DNA of 9,313 nucleotides from the NCBI GenBank assembly GCA_043228905.1, contig JBHGNT010001372.1, positions 1-9,313 of the forward strand, written 5' to 3'. The notes below the pieces were generated by a model. The model was not told the origin of the DNA. It searched no databases and was given only the letters and a program-made list of their open reading frames with translations. The DNA comes from Azolla caroliniana (Eukaryota; Plantae; Polypodiophyta). A program made the translations under genes and the position numbers. Below, piece by piece: positions 1 through 8,764 of this stretch (position 1 is its first letter; each line of letters opens with the position of its first letter).

Positions 1-98
1 AGGTACTGGTGCATCTTGTAAGACCAGGATGCGTCTCGCTTACCGGCTCCGGCTTATTCAGCCGATCCGGCTCCGATTGAGCTTGCCGCTCCACGACA
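1..98 (-). repeat. Start of the gypsy 3' LTR (runs off the window)
   Basis: Minus strand reads TGTCGTGGAGCGG... immediately after a G-rich tract downstream of integrase. TGTCGTG is the inverted complement of the CACGACA LTR-like end at 8771-8765. Confidence 0.72.
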
Positions 99-112
99 TC
101 CGCCCCCACCTA
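99..112 (-). other. Polypurine tract of the gypsy element
   Basis: Minus strand TAGGTGGGGGCGGA directly abuts TGTCGTG. Confidence 0.65.
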
Positions 113-1816
113 ACCGCGCATCCACCGGTATGTGCCAAATAGACTCTTGTCGGAGAAGACCAGCCCGCGCTTACCCTTCGTCCTCAGGATCGCCATTCGC
201 TCCAACCGGTTGTCCTCACAATCCAAGTCGTTCGGGTCCGGTTCATCCTCGTGATGCTTTTTGAACGCTTTGATCCTTTTCCCGGCCACTGGTACTGCCA
301 TCCTCGTCCCATCAAGCTCCGTGAGATGGTAGGTTCCATTGTCGTTGGCGCTTGTCACCACGTAAGGCCCGAACCACCTCCTTGCGAACTTCCGTATCGC
401 CTTGTGTTGGTTGTCGAGGTTGTTGTCATATACCAGAACCAAGTCGCCTTCCTCGATTTTCTTTGGCCTTAATCGGTGAGTCCGATCGAATCGTCCCTTG
501 TTCTTTACCCTCGCGACCGGCAACTTTTCCAATCCAAGTCGTCCGGGTCCGGTTCATCCTCGTGCCGCTTTTTGAACGCTTTGATCCTTTTCCCGGCCAC
601 CGGTACTGCCATCCTCGTCCCGTCACGTCCGCGAGATAGTAGGTCTCGTTGTCGTTGGCACTTGTCACCACGTAAGGCCCGAACCACCTCCTTGCGAACT
701 TCTGCATCACCTTGTGCTGGTTGTCGAGGCTGTTGTCATATACCAGAACCTAGTCGCCTTCCTCGATTTTCTTCGGCCTTAGTCGGTGAGTCCGATCAAA
801 TCGTCCCTTGTTCTTTACCCTCGCGGCCCGCAACTTTTCCGTGGCTCGTTCCACATCCTCCGGTCTTCGCTCGAGCTGTCGGATCCGCGCCGCTAACAGC
901 TCCTCCCGGCTCATCTCGTCTCTCCAGTCCACTGTGGCCCATGAGGAGATCGTTCCCTCCATTGGCATGACTGGCTTCTGCCCGTACATCAACTCCACCG
1001 GCATGAACCCCGTTACCGAACTATACGTAGTTCGGTCGGCCCACAACGCATAGGGTAAGAGCCGTGGCCAGTTTCCGACTTGGCCTCCACATGCCCGCAC
1101 TAACGCTTTGACGATCGGCCCGTGTCCGCGTTCCACCTTCCCGTTCGCCTCCGGATTGTACACCGTGGTGAGCGAGAGTTTAACCCCTAGCTGGTCAATA
1201 GCTCTTCAGCCCCTTGTGCGTCCAGTTCCCCGCGGTCGGCTACGATCTTTCCTACGCACCCGTACCGGCATACCACTTCTTTGATCAAAAATCGGCAGAC
1301 GGCCACGGTCGTTTTGTTTGGCAACGCTCGGCCTTCCACCTGGTTCGTCAGGTCCTCTCAAGCCAGCACCAAATATCGCATTTGCCCTACCCCCATCGGC
1401 ATCGTCACCAGATCCACCATCCACTTGAAGTGGACGGTCGAAGGGTAGGTCGGGTGGAGCTCGTCCCGATGTCAGACTATGGAGTGCATCTGACAGCTTT
1501 CACAAGCCGTCACGAACCGATGCACGTCCCGGTATAGTCCCGGCCACTAGTACTTCCCCTTCAGCTTCCCGAATGTGGCCCACGTCCCGCGGTGTTTAGC
1601 CCAGGGACTCTCGTGGTACGCCGTCAGCAGTCCCACCTATTTCTCTTCCTTCGCCACAACCTGGAGCGGGATGTCGTTTCTCTTCTTCCGGTGCTTCCAT
1701 ATGCACCCATCCCGTAGGAAGAATCAGTACGCTTTCTTTCGAATCCGGTTGGTCTCTTCCTTCGTCCATGCCACGTCCAGTGTCATTGTCTTCAGGAACC
1801 CGCCGATCTGGAGCCA
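110..1816 (-). pseudogene. Gypsy integrase (zinc finger, DDE core, C-terminal domain), disrupted
   Basis: Reading through stops gives YHESPWAKHRG...Y*WPGLYRDVHRFVTACESCQ (HHCC), KWMVDLV, KIVADRGE, YNPEANGKVERGH, W..LLPYALWADRTT and RRWFGPY. In-frame stops at 1724, 1637, 1547, 1472, 1358 and 750; frameshift near 1198. No chromodomain recognised. Confidence 0.92.
220..840. repeat. Two-copy tandem duplication (220-530, 531-840) of the integrase C-terminal coding region
   Basis: Direct repeats of 311 and 310 bp with about 23 substitutions and 1 indel by manual alignment. Confidence 0.95.
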
Positions 1817-2089
1817 CTACCCATCGTACTTGCTCTCGTCGAACTTGTTAAGCGCCGGAGTGCTCCCCTTCCTTGTTGCTACGTAAGCCGTCTCGAAGAA
1901 GTCCACGCCAACTTCTTCGTCCTCCGAAACCATGTCGTCCTCATCATTGAATCTCACCCTCGAAAGCATGTCGGCCATGGCGTTGTCCTTTCCGGAAATG
2001 TGTCGTATTTCCGGATTCAGGGACTTAATGTACGTTATCCACCTGAGCATTGCCATGTCCGGCATCGCGCATCCGGAAACCATACCGAG
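1817..2089 (-). pseudogene. C-terminal remnant of gypsy RNase H plus linker
   Basis: MLRWITYIKSLNPEIRHISGKDNAMADMLSR matches the gypsy RNase H end motif (RW...I.H..G..N..AD.LSR). Confidence 0.88.
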
Positions 2090-2756
2090 AATCCCTTAGC
2101 ACTTTGTTCATTGCATTCACCATGTGGGCTACCGAGTTCGTCCCTCCTTGCGGAAGGGTACACATCCGTACTAGGCCGAGAGGAGTCTGCATCGTCGTAA
2201 TGTCCCTGCTCTCCATGGCTAGCTAGAATTGATCGTATCCCGAGTACAGATCGTCGACCGAGTAAATTGACCTTCCGGCGAAGGCCTTCACGAACTCGTC
2301 TATGGTCAGTCCGATTCCTACTTTCCGAATGGTCACCTTGTCGACCGATTGCAGGTCCTGAATGAAGTGCAGCGTGCCGTTCTTCTTGGGCACGGTAAAC
2401 CACCGATTAGAATACGAGGCACTTGACGGTTCGAGGATGCCCATATCCATCTTCTGTTTCAGCAATTCCATCAGCTTTGGGATGTGAGCTCTTGGTACTG
2501 GAATCGGTTTGAGATTCCACAGTACATGCGGTTCCGTGAAGATCACCATTGGTTCCATAATCGTCGGGTCTACACACCCGATCTCCTCCGGCGAGAATGC
2601 GAAGGCCTTCCCGTGCCTCCCGAGCATTCTCCAAAACCGGTCCTCCTCCGCCGGCAGTAGAAAGCCACCCCCACCGATCTTGAGCTCTCGTAGCATTATG
2701 TCGGTGAATCAGTGTCCTATGCCAGCCGGATCTCGTAAGCTTGGGTCTGACCCGAC
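2090..2756 (-). pseudogene. N-terminal half of gypsy reverse transcriptase, truncated by deletion
   Basis: GILEPSSASYSNRWFTVPKKNGTLHFIQDL...SIYSVDDLYSGYDQF*LA...TTMQTPLG...LPQGGTNS. It ends at VLRD, before the catalytic xxDD motif. Confidence 0.92.
2752..2756. repeat. Left target-site duplication of the copia element (CCGAC)
   Basis: 4/5 match to ACGAC at 8145-8149. Collapsing the two copies restores the host frame. Confidence 0.85.
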
Positions 2757-2835
2757 AGTTGGGGACAAGGCCGTCAATGTGGAAGTGCCAGCAACATCCG
2801 TGATGAAGGAATCTGTGTATGCATGAGCAAGATAG

Positions 2836-2869
<34 letters not shown>

Positions 2870-3059
2870 ACAAAGGAAACGTTATATTCCAATAGCAACC
2901 GTTACAAATGTCAACCAACCTTCACTAAAGGTTACAAAGTCACTTTATATAGTGACTATCCTAGGGCAACTGCCCTTTATGCTATTTACAGAAATAGCCC
3001 GAACTTGGGTTGTCCAAAGGAACTGTGTGAATACGGCCATTATACACTCGTATTCGATG
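2757..3059 (-). repeat. Copia 3' LTR (303 bp; both termini mutated)
   Basis: Direct repeat of 7854-8144 with 15 substitutions and a 12-bp length difference in the microsatellite. Confidence 0.96.
2840..2867. repeat. (AG)14 microsatellite in the 3' LTR
   Basis: Seen directly. Confidence 0.95.
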
Positions 3060-3066
3060 CTCCCCC
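3060..3066 (-). other. Copia polypurine tract (short)
   Basis: Minus strand GGGGGAG directly precedes the 3' LTR. Confidence 0.75.
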
Positions 3067-3247
3067 GTAATGGGCGTATACATGGGTTATCTTAATGAAT
3101 TACAGGTATATATACAAGATTTATCGGACAGATTGGTTTTGTCAAAGTTGGTAAGATCCGAAGACAGAAGACCAAATCGGTCGGGTCGGAAGAGCTAAAG
3201 CCAATCCTCAAAGAACCGATGTCGGTGGTCCGAAACCATCCTTTTAT

Positions 3248-6200
3248 TTAACCAAACCGATTTTTCGTTACGCCCATTTGGTGCCGAAGGGACCGGAAAC
3301 GATCCGTCGAAAGACAATTGGTCATTCCATCTGCGACATTATCGGTTGTGGATATCTTCTCGAGACCGATTTTCCCTGAAATGACACAGTCCCGAACGAA
3401 GTGATATCGAATGTCAATATGCTTAGAGGCGTTGTGGTGAACCGGATTTTTTTGACAAAGCAACAACACCCTGACTGTTGTTGTAGACAACTGGAGCCGA
3501 GTCGGAGTTGACCTGTCGAAACGTGTGCGCCAGCCGACCGAGTCATAAAGCTTCTTTTGCCGCGTCGAACACAGCTACATATTCTGCTTCGATTGTTGAG
3601 GTGGTTGTGCACTCCTGAAGTTTTGACTTCCACGAGATTGCTCCATTGCCGAATTTGAAACAATATCTGGTTGTTGATTTCCAACTGTCCACATAGCCGG
3701 TGAAGTCCGAGTCGGTGTAACCGACTACGCCTGAGGTTGAGTTCGGGCCGAAAAGAATGTCGTGGTCTTTTGTGCCAGCTAGATATCTGAACACATGCTT
3801 GACTGCGTTCCAGTGTGATCGGCCGGGGTTGTGCATGAATCTGCTGACGACTCCTACGGCGTGAGAAATATCAGGCCGTGTCGCAACCATCGCGTACATG
3901 AGGGAGCCGACTGCCGGTGCATACGGTACTGACTTCATATCTTCCACCTCCGAACCAGATGTCAGACAGTCTCGCAGAGACAACCGAAGGTTAATGGGGA
4001 GCGGGGTCGAACCAGACTTGGTTGATTGCATGTTGAAGCATTCTAAGACACATCCGATGTAGTTGGTTTGAGACAAGAAAAGTTGTTGTGTATCGCGATA
4101 CCGACTAATCTTCATACCAAGTATGTGTCTTGCCGGACCGAGGTCCTTCATGGCAAACTTCAACCGCAGTTGCCGAACGAGTTCGGTGAGCTCTCCGGCA
4201 TGCCGATCGGAGAGTAGCATGTCGTCCACGTAGATGATGAGGAAGACGGGAGACCCTTCTTGAGTTGTTTTGGTGAAGAGACATTGGTCCTCATCGCTCT
4301 TTGAGAAGCCGACCGATTGGATGAAGTCGTCGAACTTCTTGTACCACTGTCGGGGTGCCGGTTTCAAGCCGTAGAGACTCTTCTTGAGTCGACAGACTAG
4401 ATGTTCCTGGCCGGATGCCACAAAGCCTTTCGGCTGCTCCATATAGATTTCCTCCTGTAGGTCACCGTGGAGGAATGTTGTTTCTACATCTAGCTGAATC
4501 AGCTCCAAGTTGTCGGCGGCCACGACGCCGAGCATGAAACGAAGGGTCGTCATTTTCACCATTGGTGAAAAGATTTCCTCGAAGTCGACTCCATATTCTT
4601 GTCGAAATCCCTTCGCAACTAATCTGGCCTTATACTTTGGGGTGGTCGAGTCGGACGTCTCTTTTAGTCAATAGACCCACTTACACGGAAGAGCACGTCG
4701 ATTCTTTGGTAATTCGACCAAGTCCCAAGTCTTGTTTGCCCGAATGGAGTGCATTTCCGACTCCATCGCCAGATGCCATGTGGCTGAATTGGCAGATGTC
4801 GTTGCTTCTTCGTAAGACGTCGGTTCGCCGACGTCGGTAAAGAAAATTTCGGGAGAGTACCTCTCCGGAGGTTGCGACAGTCTCTCGGATCTGCGAGGTA
4901 TGACTAGACTAGTCGCACCGGGTGTCAATGTCGGATGGTCGGGAACCGAGCCATTCGGCTGTGCCGAATCGGTGGATTTGGTGCGAGAGTTGTCGGTTAC
5001 CCGACCCGTGAAACCGATCTCGTGTTGTGGGTTGGGCTGTCATGAAGGGTTGGCACTTCGGAAAATATTACCCTTCGGACTTCAATAGGCCTTTCGGCCA
5101 TTTTATGCATAGCCGACTCGTTGAACACGACGTCCAAACTTCGGACGATTTGTCAGTGCTCGGGGTCCCAAAGTCGGTATCCGATCTCGCCATCGGGTCC
5201 ATATCCAAGAAAAACACATTTCCTTGACCTTGGTTCAAGTTTCCGACGGTCGTCTTTCGATATGAGAGCATACGCCTCGCAACCGAAGATCCTCAGTTTG
5301 TCATAATTCGGCTTACTGTCGGTCCATATTTCCAGAGGTATTTGAAGTCCTAGAGGTCTACTTGGGGACATATTTATTATGTGTACTGTCGTAAGTAGAG
5401 CCTCCGCCCAGAAGCCATCCGATAGTCCGGAGTGTTGGAGCATGGATACTACGCATTCTTGAATAGTCCAATTCATGTGTTCAGCAATTCCGTTCTGCTC
5501 CGGACTATAGGGTGTCGTATATTCATGTCGAATGTCGTGTTCCCGACAGAATTTGACGAATTCTTTAGACTTGAATTCTCCTCCATTGTCGGTTCAAAGA
5601 CATTTCAGTTTCAGACTGGTCTGATTTTCGACCATTGCAAGCCATTTGGAGAAGATCGAGAACACCTAATCTTTGGTTCTGATGGGGTAAGCCCACACCT
5701 TCCAAGTCGAGTCGTCAATAAAACTGACAAAGTACGAAGCACCGCCGAGAGACTGATGTGGCATTGGGCCACAAACGTCCGAGTGGACCAAATCAAGGGG
5801 ACTCGATTCTCTTGGTGCTGATGTCAGGTGTGATGTGGCTACCTGTTTGCCGTATTGGCAATGCTCGCAGAATTGGTGATCCGAGAAAGAGAGTTTGGGG
5901 ACGTAACCGGCTCTAGATAGGTGCATTATGCCGGCCTTGCTGAGGTGTCCAAGTCGTCCGTGCCATAACGATGACATGGGGATATCAACAAAAAATAAGT
6001 CACCCTTTCTGAGTGTGACATATAAAGGATACAAGGAATGTACCTTTGGTCCTCAAGCAAGCAGGAGGTTCCCTTTGTGGAGTGTCCACCCTCCTTATGA
6101 GAATCCAGCACGGATGCCGGCTTCGTCAAGTTGTCCGACTGAGATCAAGGGACTTGAAAGCTCAGGAACGTGTCAGACATTATGTAGTAGGAGTGTAGAG

Positions 6201-7277
6201 CCTCCCAGAAGATTGAGCTCTACGGTGCCAATTCCGATTATAGCACAATGTTGCGAGTTTCCGACTCAAACTGAGTCGGAGTGCCGGTCCGAGTATTGCT
6301 GAAACTGAGATTGGTGAGGTGTCACATGATACAATGCGCCCGAGTCTAGGAGCCATGTGCTCAATTCCTCAATCGTAAGCAGAATTTCTGATTCGACTGG
6401 GTTCTCTATGGACAGTATGTTCGGGTCGGTCGTCAAAATTTCGGCTGAAGAGCCGACGTAGTTGACCTCCTCATGCCGGCTACTCTTCTGATCCGCTCTC
6501 TGAGCTTTGTCGGTTTTTGCTTTGAGTGCTCGGTAGTCGGCTTTGATGTGTCCCGGTTTCTTGCAGTAGTTGCAGATTCGGTTGTCTCGGGACTTGCTCC
6601 GGCTTCGTTGATTGTTCGGCGGTCGGGAAGAACTTCTTCCCCGGTTGTTCGATCGGTCGGTCGAACCTTGTACTACGTAAGCTTCATCTGCCGAGTCTTT
6701 GGCGAAAGACTTTCTCCGAGTTGCTTCAGTCAGGATTGCGCTCGTGACTTCAGAGTACTTAACTGCAGCTGTTGAAGCATTGCACACGGTTGTAACGAAA
6801 GTTTCCCATGAAGAGGGGAGACTACTCATGAGTATCATTGCTCTAAGTTCATCCTCGATTGTCGTCCCCTGAGATGAGATTTGGGAGCTTATGCTTTCGT
6901 ACTCGTTAAGGTGTGCCCGAACCGAATTTGATTCTTTCATCCGCAAGTTGTAGAGACACCTGATTAGATACATCTTCGTTGCAGCAACCTTCTTTTCATA
7001 AGTTTCTGACAGTTTTCCAAAGTTCAAACGTTGTCGTGCATGATTGCATTGTGAAGTACACTGACTCTGACAAGTGCATCCGAATCGTGGCACGGACGAT
7101 TCTGTCCAGCTTTAGCCAGTCGTTTGCCTTGTATGCCTCTGGAGGATTTTCATTCTCAATCGAGTCTATCTAACCCTTGACTATGAGATAGTCCTGCATT
7201 TGTTCCTTCTAGAAGTTGAAGTTCGAACCATCAAACCTCCTTAGACTCATCTCCGATGAGCCGGATGTTGATGCCAT
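3248..7277 (-). pseudogene. Copia gag-pol polyprotein (gag, zinc knuckle, protease, integrase, RT, RNase H)
   Basis: ATG at 7277, MASTSGSSEMSLRRFDGSNFNF*KEQMQDYL; zinc knuckle CNYCKKPGHIKADY (6574-6533); protease WLLDSGA; LWHGRLGH...CEHC; LVHSDVCGP, TDNGGEF, PEQNGIAE; RT KKSLYGLK and YVDD (4232-4221); RNase H GYTDSD and KHIDIRYHFVRD; stop at 3248. 11 premature stops; frameshifts near 7013, 4930-5050 and 3450. Confidence 0.95.
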
Positions 7278-7839
7278 CTGCTTCGGTTTCGGTTGGTAAG
7301 ACTCGGTTTAGAGTTGACTACGACCCTTAGTGGGGTGCAGCCGGTCGGCTCACCTGATATCGTTCTAGTCGGTTTTGAACCCGAGTCGGTTTGGTTTCAA
7401 ATACTTGTTGTTGAACTTGCTCGGAGTGACTTCGGTAACTTGAGGGACAGAACCGGCCGGTCTTCCCGAATGTTGTCGAGTCGGAGTGAGCCCGGTTAGC
7501 TTCCGATTGTATGCCGAATACCGATTACATGAAACCGATTGTTTGGGCCGATTCTGCTTCGGATGACTACAACGATGAGAGGGACGGATCCAACTGATCC
7601 TCCCAAATGTCGATCAGCCGAGTGAAGCATGAAGTGGTTGGTTGTTGCTCAAGGAGCTCCCCTCAAGCGGTTACAATCACAGGAATAGAGTACAACCGAC
7701 TGGCTTACTCCAATTTGTGATTTAACACAGTGAGATGCGAGCTTTTTGTTTTTCTTCTCCCTTCTCTGTTCTTCAAAGAAAACGAAAACAGAATGTTGTG
7801 GTGTGATGACGGCCAGCAGCGGGTTGAAGAACCTTCAAC

Positions 7840-7851
7840 GCTCTGATACCA
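7840..7851 (-). other. Primer binding site for initiator tRNA-Met
   Basis: Minus strand TGGTATCAGAGC, 2 nt after the LTR-terminal CA. Confidence 0.95.
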
Positions 7852-7934
7852 AATGTTGGGGACAAGGTCGTCAATGCGGAAGTACCAACAACATTCATGA
7901 TGAAGGAATCTGTGTATGCATGAGCAAGATAGAC

Positions 7935-7952
7935 AGAGAGAGAGAGAGAGAG
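7935..7952. repeat. (AG)9 microsatellite in the 5' LTR
   Basis: Seen directly. Confidence 0.93.
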
Positions 7953-8023
7953 GCACAAAGGAAACGTTATATTCCAATAGCAACCATTACAAATGTCAAC
8001 CAACCTTCACTAAAGGTTACAAA

Positions 8024-8041
8024 GTCACTTTATATAGTGAC
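8024..8041 (-). promoter_or_regulatory. Putative LTR TATA box within a 6-bp inverted repeat (identical copy at 2939-2956)
   Basis: Minus strand GTCAC-TATATAA-AGTGAC, about 105 bp into the LTR. Confidence 0.6.
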
Positions 8042-8144
8042 TATCCTACGGCAACTGCCCTTTATGCTATTTACAGAAATAGCCCGAACTTGGGTTGTCC
8101 AAAGGGACAATGTGGATACGGCCATTATACACTCGTATTCGACA

Positions 8145-8149
8145 ACGAC
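8145..8149. repeat. Right target-site duplication (ACGAC)
   Basis: 4/5 match to CCGAC at 2752-2756. Confidence 0.85.
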
Positions 8150-8579
8150 CCCCTTCATCCGTAACTCACTGCCCTTCGGCAAGGGTGCTGCGACTGGCCT
8201 CACCTTCCGGTCCACAGTCTTGTACTTCGTATCCACTCAGGCCGTCCGATCCGACTCGAGTCCTCTACCGAAGTCGGCGATGACTTCGTACATATTTTCC
8301 GAACATACTAGAATTGTCTGGTCTTCACTAAGGCCCTCTTCGAATATCTTCCGTAACTTCCCCAAGGTGTCATCAAGAGAGACCGCCTCCACGACTCCGT
8401 TGATTTCCTCTTCAGGGGCAAGGACTCTGCATGCCCTGAGGCGCTCTTCTGCCCGCTTCCTCTCCCGGCCAACGACGTCGGCTATTGTACAACCTCCGTT
8501 GTCGGAGAACCAAAACTTCCTACCTATGTTACAGGTTCTTCTGCCTACTGTACATGTGTGGGGTTTTTCCGAAGTGTCC

Positions 8580-8623
8580 GGACTATTGTGTCCCCACGCC
8601 TTGATAGCCCTCTCTAAAAATCC
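8580..8623 (-). other. Candidate programmed -1 ribosomal frameshift signal
   Basis: G GAT TTT TAG, a 6-nt spacer, and stem GGGCUAU/AUAGUCC with an apical GUG-GGGA-CAC hairpin. Confidence 0.6.
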
Positions 8624-8764
8624 CCTCAGCTTTCATCGTCGAGGGTCTCGCGGTTACGCTTGTGGTTCGGTCGTACCATCAGTAACTGAATGGAGTGACG
8701 CCCATCCTGGCTTTTGACTCGGGCATACGCCGAACCGTTGTCCATCACCTTCGTCTCCATGCGC
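8614..8764 (-). pseudogene. C-terminal tail of gypsy ORF1 (probably gag-protease)
   Basis: RMETKVMDNGSAYARVKSQDGRHSIQLLMVRPNHKRNRETLDDES*GDF*. Assignment as the protease tail is by recalled resemblance, not by a catalytic motif. Confidence 0.55.

Larger units (their letters stand above)
2757..8144 (-). mobile_element. Full-length, inactivated Ty1/copia LTR retrotransposon (Tnt1/Tork-like by motif resemblance)
   Basis: Paired LTRs, PBS, PPT and TSD; domain order gag-PR-IN-RT-RH. Confidence 0.97.
7854..8144 (-). repeat. Copia 5' LTR (291 bp, TG...CA)
   Basis: Minus strand TGTCGAATA...CCCCAACA, followed by the PBS. Confidence 0.97.
8145..8623 (-). pseudogene. N-terminal linker of gypsy ORF2 (upstream of RT)
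   Basis: 128 stop-free codons (8623-8240), one TGA at 8239-8237, then VDTKYKTVDRKVRPVAAPLP...MKGV, in frame with the RT beyond the copia insertion. Confidence 0.8.
1..8764 (-). mobile_element. Decayed Ty3/gypsy LTR retrotransposon (host element; partial, interrupted by a copia insertion at 2757-8144)
   Basis: Domain order RT-RNaseH-integrase on the minus strand, followed by a PPT and a TG-initiated LTR. The reading frame rejoins across the copia insertion. Confidence 0.9.

Noticed and set aside
251-2200. Plus-strand short ORFs over the gypsy pol region
   Set aside because: They are antisense shadows of GC-rich coding sequence, and their mutual similarity comes from the tandem duplication.
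2407-3095. ORFs with SLSLSL or RERERE tracts (also at 7705-8164)
   Set aside because: These are translations of the LTR (AG)n microsatellite.
3447-3453. A7 run (minus strand) with a frameshift in copia RNase H as a possible programmed shift
   Set aside because: It lies inside a conserved domain (LSKNP), so homopolymer slippage or sequencing error is more likely.
3543-4562. Intact 339-aa RT ORF as a domesticated gene or prokaryotic RT system (retron, DGR)
   Set aside because: It is bounded by decay stops within an ordinary copia polyprotein and has substitutions in conserved motifs.
7008-7018. Frameshift in copia gag as recoding
   Set aside because: It is mid-gag, and plant copia elements normally have a single ORF, so a simple indel is more likely.
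7746-8717. 323-aa plus-strand ORF
   Set aside because: It crosses the PBS, LTR, microsatellite, TSD and antisense gypsy sequence, has a non-ATG start and no recognisable domain. It is best explained as a chance or antisense shadow ORF.
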